Assembly (NCBI GenBank): GCA_000934665.2
Contig: JYFJ02004068.1
Span: forward strand, 1 to 35,128
Source: Catajapyx aquilonaris
Lineage: Eukaryota
Reading direction: 5' to 3'
DNA length: 35,128 nt
Shown here piece by piece: positions 34,620 through 35,128 of this stretch. Position numbers and translations under genes: made by a program. The notes below the pieces were generated by a model. The model did no database searches, was not told the DNA's origin, and worked only from the letters and a program-made list of their open reading frames with translations. The stretch's first letter is position 1, and each line of letters starts with the position of its first letter.

Positions 34620-35128
34620 TTAAATAGGACCAGATTCAATTACAGTTGGTATAATGACGCTTCTCAAAAGGTGTACCCAAATTGCACCTTACAACCAATA
34701 CAGCATTGACAATCCCTTTAATCTTTAAAATCTGCATATGTTCCTTGTGCACACTAAGCAGGACAGTAATAATCCCTTGATAGGCCTAATATGATACACT
34801 TTTATGGCAGATTTGGAGTAGCATCATAATGTTGATACCAATACTAATGACATCAAAACAGCCATGGACAAGTCAAAAGCTGCCATGATGTTCCAAAAAC
34901 ATGCACCAAAAGCAATGGTTATCATTGCAATTTATTACCCACGTAAATATACAACAAACAACAACAACAACATCACGACATTTCCCTATGAGGGGTAGTC
35001 AGCGATGAAGGGAGACGCAAGCTAACCCAACATATGAACTAATAAAACTCATGAGAATAAACCTAAAAACAACCTGTCCCACCCCCCACCCCTGCCCACC
35101 TCAGACATCACCTTATCCTCAGACATAT

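Noticed and set aside
34255..35128. Upstream GDE1 exons
   Set aside because: No IPTL or DxK-type GDPD motif with splice sites was found; they probably lie beyond the window.

Overview
Eukaryotic, most likely invertebrate animal, genomic DNA that is rich in introns and transposons. (1) The last three coding exons of a GDE1-like glycerophosphodiester phosphodiesterase lie on the minus strand (28640-28548, 26137-25908, 25826-25688). (2) A full-length but decayed canonical Helitron (28881-34254) sits in the upstream intron of that gene. It has a TC...CTAG/AT insertion signature and an unusual ~95-bp inverted copy of its 5' end near its 3' end. (3) A very young 2.5-kb non-autonomous Gypsy-type LTR element (13527-16033) has identical 312-bp LTRs, a CCTG TSD and a tRNA-Leu PBS. 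It has no RT, RNase H, integrase or recognisable Gag. It carries instead a retropepsin-like ORF with a non-canonical active site and a repeat-containing ORF with a possible LOTUS/winged-helix-like domain. This element is the best candidate here for an undescribed system. (4) Also present: a C2H2 zinc-finger fragment; a hidden ORF, possibly a divergent ionotropic receptor, split by a Kolobok-type MITE; two tRNA-derived SINEs; and many MITEs (Tc1/mariner, hAT, piggyBac, Kolobok, PIF-type), several of them nested. All calls were made by eye; no database search was run.
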